From Deltaproteobacteria bacterium (lineage in GTDB: Bacteria > Myxococcota > XYA12-FULL-58-9), in contig JACRCV010000063.1 of NCBI GenBank assembly GCA_016218825.1, forward strand, positions 1,070 through 65,069: a DNA stretch of 64,000 bases, read 5' to 3'. Under the pieces are notes generated by a model. That model saw only the letters and a list, made by a program, of their open reading frames with translations. It was not told the origin of the DNA and searched no databases. The position numbers and the translations under genes were made by a program. Positions 50,951 to 60,700 of this stretch are shown here, one piece after another. Position 1 is the first letter of the stretch. The number at the start of each line of letters is the position of its first letter.

Positions 50951-53900
50951 ACGACGACCGGCACCACCCCGCCCTCCTTGAGGGTCTCGCACGGGGCGCC
51001 GAAGACGTCGATGCGGTTGCCACCCGGGTCGTAGATCCAGTTCACCCAGCGGTCGACGCGTTGCAGCGTCGGCGGCCCCGAGGCGTTCGGGGTCTCGAGG
51101 TAGAGGTAGATCTTGTCGATGTCGGCCCTGACCGGCAGCGGGCCCAGCGGCAACGAGCAGCCGCGCACCTGCTTGACGATCGCGGCGAGCGCCGCCTTCA
51201 GCTCGTCGAGCTGCTGGGTGTCGTAGTAGCAAGTCGAGGCGCTGGCGGCGCAGTTGGCGTCCGTGAGGCCGGGGCAGAGCCCGGCGCTGGTGCGGCCGTG
51301 GACCGCGTGGCAGTTCAAGTTGCCGCTGGTCGCGGTGAAGTTGAAGGCGACGACGTAGGTCTTGATGCGCGGCGTGCCGGCGTACAGCTGGTCGAGGGCG
51401 TGGTTCACCTTGCAGGCGTACTGGGTCGCGATACAGTCACGGCAGGCCTGTGCCTGGCAGTTGCCGACGCCGCCGTCGCACATCGGGCAGGCCGCGTTGG
51501 TGCAGGTCCCCGAGTTGCAGTCGTTGCTGCTACAGCTGGTGTCGCACGGCGCGCAGGTGGCGCTGACGCAGTCGCCGGGCAGCGCGCAGGTCTTGCCGCC
51601 GCCGCACGCCGGACAGCTGCCGCCGCAGTCGACGTCGGTCTCCGAGCCGTTTAGCAGGCCGTCCTTGCACTGCGGTGTGGCGCAGACGCCGGCCGGCGCG
51701 CCGTTGCAGAAGGCGCTGGTGCAGTCGCCGTCCGCGGTGCAGGTCTTGCCGTCGACGCACGGGCCGCAGGCGGAGCCGCCGCAGTCGGCGTCGGTCTCGA
51801 GGCCGTCCTTGCCGCCGTTGTTGCAGGTCCCGATCCGGCAGATGCCCGCCTGGCACGCGCTCGAGGTGCAGTCGGCGTCGTCGGCGCAACCCTTGGTGTC
51901 GGCGCAGTTCGCGGCGCAGCTGCTGCCGCCGCAGTCGACGTCGGTCTCGGAGCCGTTCTTGATGCCGTCGCCGCAGGCGGGGACCAGGCAGCGCAACAAT
52001 TGGCAGTTGCCGCTGGCGCAGTCGGCGCCGGTGGTGCAGCTCGCGCCGTCGGCGCATGGCCCGCAGGCACCGCCGCAGTCGACGTCGGTCTCCGAGCCGT
52101 TCTGGCCGGCGTCGCCGCAGGTCGCGGCGCGACACATCCCGGTGCGACAGATGTTGTGCTCGCAGTCGTTCGCCGTCAGGCACAGGCCGCCGTCGATGCA
52201 CGGCGCGCAGGTGCCGCCGCAGTCGACGTCGCTCTCGTCGCCGTTCTTCGTCGTGTCGGTGCAGGGCGGCCGGCAGACCTTCTGCGTCGCCGGGTCGACG
52301 TCGCCGATCGCCTCGCCGTCGGTCACCAGGAGGACGGCGTTCTGGGTCGCGGGGTCGTCGAGGCCGGCGGCGAACAGGTCGGCGCCGATGGCGCGCAGGG
52401 TCTGCCCGGTCGGGGTGCCGCCGCCGGGCATCGTCGGCACGAGCGCGGCGCCGATGGCCGCTTGCTGGTTGGCCGCGACCCTGACGTCGATGGCGCCGGC
52501 GTTGTTGTTCGAGCGATCACTGCACGAGTACCAGTTGCAGTCGGTGACGCAGGTCTCGGTGCCGGTCGGGTGCGGGAACAGCGCCAGGCCGAAGTTGGCG
52601 TTGCCGGCCTGATCGGCGATGACGTCGGTGACCGCCTGCACCGCCTGCTCCCAGCGGCTCGTGGTCTCGCCGTGGCCGCCGGTGTTGCAGTCCGGGGTCT
52701 GGCTGGTGCAGATCGCGGTCTGGCTGCCGGGGCACTCCAAGGTGAAGGGGGCGCTGGCGCCGGTGCAGGTCGGGGAGCCGCCGCCGCTGCAGCCGACCGT
52801 GCCGTCCGAGCACCGCGGCGTTCCGGTGGTGCTGCACGAGGGCACGCCGGCGATGCAATAGGGCGCGCGGCCGGAGTTGGCGTCGGCGCAGGTGATGGTG
52901 ATCGTCGGATCGGAGCACGAGTAGCCGCAGCAACCGGCGAGGGATTCGCCGGCGCCGCAGATCTGCATGCTCGCCGACCGATCCAGCGCCACCAGGATGT
53001 TGGGCGGCGCCAGGTCGCCGGCCGACAGCCGGGCCATCGTGCACTCCGGCACCGGCTCGCATTGCCACTGGACGTTGCAGGTCTCGCCGACCGCGCAGTC
53101 GGCGGCGGTCGCGCAGCCGCCGGCCGGCAGACAGGCGCCGGTAGCGCTGCACTTCCCGGTCGCGCCGCACCCGGTCGTGGCGCACGCTTCGCTCGTGACG
53201 CAGTGATGGCTGTCGTCGCAGGTGAACGTCCCGGTCGGGCAGTCGGCCGCCGTCACGCAGGTGAGCGGCGTGATGCAGGAGCAGGTCCCGGGCGTGCTGC
53301 AGCCGGCGTCATAGAAACAGCGTTGACCCAACGGGCAGCAATCGGTCGAGGATGCGGAGTCGCAGCACGAGTACTCGGTGGCGTTACAGCCGGTGTACTT
53401 GAGGTCGTTGGTGACGCAGAGCGTGCCCGAGACCACGCAGTCCGGCGCGTTGCAGCTGTGTCCCGGCGCGCAGTCCGCGTCGAGGTTGCAGGTGCCGGCG
53501 GTGATGCACTCGGAGGTCGCGCTGCAGATCTCACCCACCGGATCCGGGCAGTCAGCCCGCACCAGACAGGTGTTCTCGTCGATGCAGATGCCGGCCGTCG
53601 AGCACACCTTCGGCGGCGTCGTGCCCGTCGGACAATCAGGCGTGGTGTCGCAGCCCGGCGGCGCCAAGCAGTTGCCGGCGGTGCTGCAGAACTTGCCCGG
53701 TTTGCAGTCGGTCGGCATCGTGCACGTCAGCCTCTCGGAGCAGGTGCCGGCCGGGCAGGCGTAGCCTTGGCCGTACTCGACCGCCTGTTCGACGCTGCAG
53801 TCCTCGTCGACCGCGCATTGCCCGGTCGCGCGGCAGGTCAGGGCGGTGTCGCAATACTGGTTCGGATCGCAGTCGGTGTCGGCGCCGCACTTGCCGATGA

Positions 53901-54645
53901 TCACGCAGATCCACGCGTCGCTGCAGTACTGGCCGTCGGGACAGGCGCCGGTCGGGTGGTCCTGCGAGCAGGGAAGCGGCACGCAGCCGGTGGCCTCGCA
54001 GACCTGATCCTCCGGGCAGGCGCCCGGGATCCCGGGGCGGCACTGGATGGTCTTGCAGGTCCCGCTGGTCGCGTCGCACGCCTGACCAGATGGGCATTGG
54101 CCGGCCGGGTTCGCGCGGCTGCACGGGGTATCGATCGGAATGCAGCGGCCCTCGAAGCAGGTCAATCCCGGGTCACACCAGCCGCCGGGGTGCTCGGGAG
54201 AGCATGGGTAGCGGTTCGGCACGCAATGGCCGCCGATGCAGACCTCGCCGTGGTCGCACCACCCGTCGGGGCGCGCCGGCGAGCATGCCGTGGACGGGTC
54301 CGTGGTGCACTTACCGTCGGCGTCGCAGCCCTGGTCGGGCGGGCATACGCACCAGTCGGGGTTCGGCTCTTTGCACCCGGTCGCCGCGCAGCAGGCGGCA
54401 GCATCGACGCAGAAGCACACGCCCCCGGCGCACAGGCGGCCGCGGGCGCAGTCGCCATCCGGTTGGTCTTTCGAGCACGGTCCCGGCGAGGGGACGCACT
54501 CGCCGAGGGTGGTGTCGCAGACCCAGTCGATGCCGCACTCGGAGGAGGAGGTGCAGGGCACGGCGTGCCGGGGCTCTTGAATGACCAGCAGCCCCGAGCA
54601 CCCAGGGGTGACGAGCACGAGCAACGAAGCCAAGCGCAGGTTCAT
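50923..54645 (-). CDS. very large Cys-rich lipoprotein with vWA domain and DVDCGGxCxxC repeats
   Basis: Signal plus lipobox VTPGCSG. The N-terminal half is ~12 PxGxCxxGxxC modules. vWA MIDAS sequence ILVALDRSASM ... LLVTDGEA follows. Six DVDCGG[ST]CxxC repeats and a ~180-aa C-terminal domain complete the protein. Confidence 0.7.
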   Translation of the reverse strand: MNLRLASLLVLVTPGCSGLLVIQEPRHAVPCTSSSECGIDWVCDTTLGECVPSPGPCSKDQPDGDCARGRLCAGGVCFCVDAAACCAATGCKEPNPDWCVCPPDQGCDADGKCTTDPSTACSPARPDGWCDHGEVCIGGHCVPNRYPCSPEHPGGWCDPGLTCFEGRCIPIDTPCSRANPAGQCPSGQACDATSGTCKTIQCRPGIPGACPEDQVCEATGCVPLPCSQDHPTGACPDGQYCSDAWICVIIGKCGADTDCDPNQYCDTALTCRATGQCAVDEDCSVEQAVEYGQGYACPAGTCSERLTCTMPTDCKPGKFCSTAGNCLAPPGCDTTPDCPTGTTPPKVCSTAGICIDENTCLVRADCPDPVGEICSATSECITAGTCNLDADCAPGHSCNAPDCVVSGTLCVTNDLKYTGCNATEYSCCDSASSTDCCPLGQRCFYDAGCSTPGTCSCITPLTCVTAADCPTGTFTCDDSHHCVTSEACATTGCGATGKCSATGACLPAGGCATAADCAVGETCNVQWQCEPVPECTMARLSAGDLAPPNILVALDRSASMQICGAGESLAGCCGYSCSDPTITITCADANSGRAPYCIAGVPSCSTTGTPRCSDGTVGCSGGGSPTCTGASAPFTLECPGSQTAICTSQTPDCNTGGHGETTSRWEQAVQAVTDVIADQAGNANFGLALFPHPTGTETCVTDCNWYSCSDRSNNNAGAIDVRVAANQQAAIGAALVPTMPGGGTPTGQTLRAIGADLFAAGLDDPATQNAVLLVTDGEAIGDVDPATQKVCRPPCTDTTKNGDESDVDCGGTCAPCIDGGLCLTANDCEHNICRTGMCRAATCGDAGQNGSETDVDCGGACGPCADGASCTTGADCASGNCQLLRCLVPACGDGIKNGSETDVDCGGSSCAANCADTKGCADDADCTSSACQAGICRIGTCNNGGKDGLETDADCGGSACGPCVDGKTCTADGDCTSAFCNGAPAGVCATPQCKDGLLNGSETDVDCGGSCPACGGGKTCALPGDCVSATCAPCDTSCSSNDCNSGTCTNAACPMCDGGVGNCQAQACRDCIATQYACKVNHALDQLYAGTPRIKTYVVAFNFTATSGNLNCHAVHGRTSAGLCPGLTDANCAASASTCYYDTQQLDELKAALAAIVKQVRGCSLPLGPLPVRADIDKIYLYLETPNASGPPTLQRVDRWVNWIYDPGGNRIDVFGAPCETLKEGGVVPVVVYGCAVVPG

Positions 54646-54714
54646 CGGTTTCTCCGCGGCTCGCGCGCGGTCCTACGCGGGACCGCCGCGGCGAGGCACG
54701 CAATCACTGAGCAC

Positions 54715-57700
54715 TCAGAATAGCACGCACTCGCCGCCGACGCATTTCAACGGCGAGCAACAATCAGGGTGGTCGACACATTCGGTGCACTGGTTGTTGA
54801 TGCAGGCCTGGTTGTTGCAATCACGGCAGCCGTTGCACTGCTTGCACAACGAGGTGTTGAAGGCGCAGCCCGCGGTGCAGCTGAGGGTGCCGCCGCCCGG
54901 GTAGCCGAGGTCGGTGCACTGCTTGTTGTTGAGGTTCGGCGCCGCCGGGGGGGTGCCGAGGCCGCCTGGATCGCAGACCTCGCCGGGGTCGATGACGCCG
55001 TCGCCGCAGCTCGTGGCGCTGCCGCACGCCGAGGTGTCGAAGGTGCAGTCGGCGTTGCAGCTCAAGCCGGTGCCGGTCAGGCCGAGGGTCACGCAGGTCT
55101 GGCCGTTGAGGTTCGTCAGGTCGCACTCCTCGGGCGGCGTCCGCCCGGCGTCGATGCGGCCGTCGCCGCAGCGCCGGCAGCCGCCGGGGTTGAAGCTGCA
55201 GTCCCCGAAGCAGGCGAGGGTCCCGCCCCAGTACGGGCTGCCGCTCGTGTAGGTGCTGCAGGTCTTGCCGCCCAAGTCCGGGGGCGGGACGTTGTCGGTG
55301 GTGTCGCCCGGGTCACAGCTCTCGGTGGCGTCGAGGGTGCCGTCGCCGCAACGATAGCAGGCGGTGAGGTCGAGGGCGCAGGCCGAGGTGCAGGCGATGT
55401 CACCGCCGTCGTAGCCGGCGGTGCTGCAGCTCTGGCCGCCGAACGCCGGTGCCGGGTTGCCGTCGGTGATGTCGCCCGGGTCGCAGATCTCGGGGGCCTG
55501 GATCAGCCCGTCGCCGCACGAGCGACAGCCGGAGTAGTTCAGCGTGCAGCTCGTGGTGCAGACCACCGTCCCCTGATCCGGGCAGGCGGCGCCGTTCAGC
55601 CGGTTGCCGTCACACTCCTCGCCTGCCTCGAGGATGTTGTTGCCGCAGCGGGTGCAGCCGGAGGTGTCGGGGGTGCAGTCGGCGTCGCACACCGTGATGG
55701 TGCCGCCGGTGAAGCCGAGATCCTGGCAGGTGATGGTGATCGGCGCCGGCGGCGGCGTGCCGCTCGGGTCGCCGGGATCACAGAGCTCGAGGGTGTCGAG
55801 CAGCCCGTCGCCGCAAGACGGCGGCAGCGTGCAGTCGTTGTCGAAGGTGCAGTCGCTGTTGCAGCTCAACCCTGGGCCGGGAACGAAGCCCAAGGTCTCG
55901 CAGGTCGCGCCGCCGAGGTCGGCGGCGTCGCACTGCTCGCCCGGCTCCCGGGCGTCGTTACCGCAGCGGGCGCAGAGGCTCAGATCGAAGGCGCAGGTGG
56001 CGCCGCACGCGAGCGTGCCGCCGTCGAAGGGCGGCGTCGTCTGGCCCGGGAGGGTGGGCGAGTTGCAGGTCTGGCCGGCGAGGTTGTTGCCGTCGCACGC
56101 TTCGCCGCTCTCCAACAGGTAGTTGCCGCAGCGGGTGCAGCCGGAGGTGTCGTAGCTGCAGTTCGGTTGGCAGTGCACGGCGCCGGCGGTGAAGCCGAGG
56201 CTGGCGCAGTCGACGCCGGCCGGGAGCAGATCGTCCGCGGGGTCGGTGGTCGCCGGATCGCAGAGCTCGGCCGGGTCGAGCACGGCGTCACCGCAGCGGT
56301 AGCAGGCGAGCAGCCGCTGGCAGAGACCGTTGCAGCTCACCGTGCCGCCGTCGTAGCCCAGCGTCTGGCAGGTGACCCCGTTCAGGGCGCTGCCGTCACA
56401 CTGCTCGGCGGCCTCGATGACGCCGTTGCCGCAGCTGTAACAGCGCGTGGTGTCGTAGGTGCAGCTGGCGGCGAAGCAGTACAGGTCGCCGCCGGTGTAG
56501 CCGAGCGTCGTGCAGCCGTCGGCGCCGCCCACCTGCCCCGCGCCCTCGCAGTCCTCGCCGCCGTTGACCAGGCCGTCGCCGCACTCGTAGCAGCCGCTGT
56601 CGTCGACCTTGCAGTTGTTGGCCGGCGTCGGGTCGTCCATCACGCACACCAGGCTGCCGCCGGCAAACCCCCGGCTGACGCAGGTCTCGGCGCCAAAGAC
56701 CGTTCCGTCACATTGCTCGCCGGCGTCGAGCTGGCCGTTGCCGCACGGCGGCGGGCAGTAGTCGCCGGCTTTGACGACGCCGGTGTCGAAGTGAATGCGC
56801 GCCGGTTGGGTGATCGAGAAGTTCTTGGCAAACAGGCCGCCGTAGATGTCGAGATCTTGGGTGATGCTAGCTAGCGCATTCGGGGCGTAGATGTTGGACG
56901 CGATGTAGGACGGCTGGACTAGATCGACCACGGTGCCGGCGACGTACAGGCGAGTGCGCGAGGTGAAGGCCGGCGAGCCGATGCGCATTCCGGCGTTTAC
57001 GTAGAAGCTGCCGAGGACGAAGATGTCGAGCTCGGCCGCCGCATCGAGCGTGATCTGCACAGAGCCAGCTTGGATGTTGCCGCCGATGAACAGCGCCGCG
57101 CGGCCGTGGACCACGATCGTCGCCGGTTGCGCGATCTGAGTGAGGTAGTAGTACCCACAGTCCAGGTCCAGACGGCCGCCGGTGATCTGGAAGACGTCGG
57201 GGTCGAGCTGGATGGACGCGTTGTCGTTGTTCCCCGCCGGGCAGGTAGCGTAGGTCGCGCCGGTACAGCGATGCGCACTTATGATGGCCGCGACGTCGAT
57301 CAACTGGCCGGCTGAACAGTCGCACGCGTCTGGGACCGTAAGTCCGGGCGTGGGCACCTTCGCGCCGGTGAACCCGACCGAGCCCCAGTTGGCGCAGTAG
57401 ATCGTGCCCTCCACGACCCCGCTCCCGGTGCCGGAGCCCACCACAAAGAGGTTCTTGTTGCACTCGAGGCCGCCGCCGCCGCCAATGGCAAGGTTGCCGC
57501 CGATGCGCACGTCACCATCGACGAAGAGCTTCTTGGCGTCACTGGTGACGTTGCCCCACGGAGTGATGCCGTCGACGCCGGTCTTGTTCGCCGTCCACAC
57601 TGTTCCAAACACGTTGCCATCGATACCGGAGGTGCCAAATGTTGCGTAGCCGTTGGCCCCGAGGCCGGCTCCGGTACCGCCCTTGCAGGTGCTGCCTGGA

Positions 57701-60700
57701 CATTGCAGGTCGTTCATGCACGCGGCGGCGTTGTTGACACACCTGGGAGCCGCGTACGGAGCGATGGAGCTGTTGAAGCCGTCGGTGAGGATACCTTGCT
57801 GCATCTTGGAAACGTCATGGCACGCACAGAGAGCCCAGCGGAAGGTGACCGCCGCCAGGTCGCCGGCGCACTCGAGCGCGCCGCCCAGGCCCGTGGAGAT
57901 CGCCGGACCGCCGCCGACGCACTTGGCCGGGGCCGGCCCTACCGGCTTGATGGCGTTGCTGCAGGTGCCGTCGATGCACGCGAAGCCCGACGAGCACAGG
58001 GTGCCGCAGTTGGCGCCGCCGGTGGCGCCGCAGTGGGCGCTGTCGGTCTTGGGGTCGACGCACAGGTGGGCGCTGGTGCAGGCGACGAGCGGCGCCGCGC
58101 ACTGGGTGCTCGTCACACACTTGCCGCCGTAGCAGACGTCGGTGCCGCCACAGGCGGTGCCGCAGGCGCCGCAGTTCAACGGGTCGACCGTCAGGTTCTT
58201 GCAGGCGCCGCTGCAGTCGGTGAGGAAGGTCGGGCAGGCGCAGGCGCCGTCGACGCAGGTCTGGCCGCCCGGGCAGGCGCCGCAGTTCAGGCACAAGTCG
58301 GTGTCGAAGGACAAGCAGTCCTCGGCGCACGACAGCTCGCCGCCGTCGAAGTAGTTGGACGGCGCCACCGCGATCAGATCGGTGCAGCGCTTGCCGTCGA
58401 GGTTCTGGCCGTCGCAGAGCTCGCCGCGCGCGGTCTCGACCGTGCCGTTGCCGCAGGTGTGGCAGCCCGACTCGTCGAAGCCCAGGCAGTTGGCGCTGCA
58501 GGCGCCGAGCACGCCGCCGGTGTAGCCCTTGCCGATCGACAGACAGGTGGCGCCGGCGGTGTCGAGGCCGTCGCAGGCTTCGGCGCCCTCTCTGACGCCG
58601 TTGCCGCAGCCGGCGCACGCCGACTTGTCGAAGGCGCTGCAGTCGAGCGTGCAGGCGAGCCCCGGCCCAAAGAGCGGCGGGAACGAGGCGCAGCTCTGGC
58701 CCTTGAGGTCGGGAGTGGGCGTGCCGGTCACGGGGTTGCCGGGGTCACAGGCCTCGGTCGGCTGCGCGCTGCCGTCGCCGCAGCCGCCGGTGCAGGCCGT
58801 CGTGAGGTAGCCGCTGCATGACGGATTGCACTGCAGGGTGCCGCCGGTGAAGCCGAACTGGCTGCAGCCGGCGCCCCCCAGGGCGGTGCCGTCGCAGCGC
58901 TCGCCGTTGTCGATGCGGTCGTTGCCGCAGCCGACGCACGCCGAGGTGTCAAAGGCGGTGCAGTCGCTGTCGCACTGCAGCACACCGTTCAACAGCGGCG
59001 GGAAGTCGGTGCAGTCGGGCGGTGGCGACAGGCCTTGGGTCGGGTCGAGGTCGAGCCCGTCGCAGAATTCGCCGTAGATCCCGGTGGCGTTCTCGGCCCA
59101 GACGCCGTCGCCGCAGGCGGGCCGCGTGCAGCGCGTCGTGCAGTTGCCGAGGTCGTCGTTGGCGGCGCCGAGATCACACACCTCGGTCCAAGGCGCCGCC
59201 GCCAGATCGCTCACGAACCCGTCGCCGCACCCCGGGCGCTTGCAGTTGTCGCGGCAGCTGTCGTTGTCGACGCCGTTGGCGTCGTCGCACTGCTCGCCAT
59301 TGGCCCACTGCACCACGCCATCGGCACAGCGCGGCCCGAGGCCGCTGCAGCCGACGTTACAGTGACCGTAAGTGCCGTTCGTGGTGCTGCCTTCGTCGCA
59401 GACCTCGCTGCCGCCCGGCAGCCCGTCACCACAATAGAGGGCAAAGCCGGAGCACAGGGCGTTGCAGTGCGCTGCCGGCGCGTAGGCGTCGCTGTTGGCC
59501 GCCCCGTCGTCACAGGCTTCGCTGCCGCCCGGCAGCCCGTCACCGCAGTAGAGGGCAAAGCCGGAGCACGAGGCGTTGCAGTGCCGGGTCGCGGCGTAGG
59601 CGTCGCTGTTGGCGGCGCCGTCGTCGCAGGCTTCGCTGCCGCCCGGCAGCCCGTCACCGCAGTAGAGGGCAAAGCCGGAGCACGAGATATTGCAGTGCCG
59701 AGTCGCGGCGTAGGCGTCGCTGTTGGCGGCGCCGTCGTCACAGGCTTCGCTGCCGCCCGGCAGCCCGTCACCGCAGTAGAGGGCAAAGCCGGTGCACGAG
59801 GCGTTGCAGTGTTGGGTCGCGGCGTAGGCGTCGCTGTTGGCGGCGCCTTCGTCACAGGTCTCGCTGCCCCCCGGGAGCCCGTCGCCGCAGTAGAGCGCGT
59901 AGCCCGAGCACGCGGTGTTGCAGTGTCTGCTCGCGGCGTAGGCGTCGCTGTTGGCCGCCCCGTCGTCACAGGTCTCGCTGCCCCCCGGGAGGCCATCGCC
60001 GCAGTAGAGCGCGTAGCCCGAGCACGAGGTGTTGCAGTGTCTGCTCGCGGCGTAGGTGTCGCTGTTGGCCGCCCCGTCGTCACAGGCTTCGCTGCCGCCC
60101 GGCAGCCCGTCACCGCAGTAGAGGGCAAGGCCGGAGCACGAGGCGTTGCAGTGCTGGGTCGCGGCGTAGGCGTCGCTGTTCGCGGCCCCTTCGTCACAGG
60201 CTTCGCTGCCGCCCGGGAGCCCGTCACCGCAGTAGAGGGCAAAGCCGGTGCACGAGGCGTTGCAGTGTCTGGTCGCCGAGTAGGTGTCGCTGTTCGCGGC
60301 CCCTTCGTCACAGGTCTCGTGATAGGTGGTCGCGGCGCTCGCCACCAGGCCGTCGCCGCAGCTGGGGCGGGTGCAGTCGTCGCGGCAGTCGTCGTCGTCG
60401 ACGAGGTTGCCGTCGTCGCACTGCTCGGTGCCGTTCGGCGTCCCGTCGCCGCAGCGGTAGCAGGCGCTGGTGTCGAAGGTGCAGCCGCCGCTGCAGCCGA
60501 GGTTGCCGCCCGCGAAGCCGAGGGTTACGCAGGTCTGGCTCTTCTTGTCGTCGGCGTCGCACTGCTCCGGGCCGGTGGCGACGCCGTCGCCGCAGCGCGC
60601 GCCGGTCACGCAGTCGGTGGTGACGAAGGCGTCGCAGGTCGGCGCGCAGTCGAGCACGCCGCCGCCTTCGAAGCCGAGGCCGCGGCAGGTGTTGGCCTTC

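Noticed and set aside
54667-54686. Perfect 7-bp hairpin gcggtcc-tacgcg-ggaccgc between the giant gene and the vWA gene
   Set aside because: There is no T-rich tract on either strand, so it is not a convincing intrinsic terminator. GC-rich palindromes of this size are expected by chance.
59400-60310. Possible CRISPR array
   Set aside because: The repeats are 111 bp, contiguous without spacers, in frame, and translate into the 37-aa Cys-rich module. It is a protein-coding tandem array, not CRISPR.
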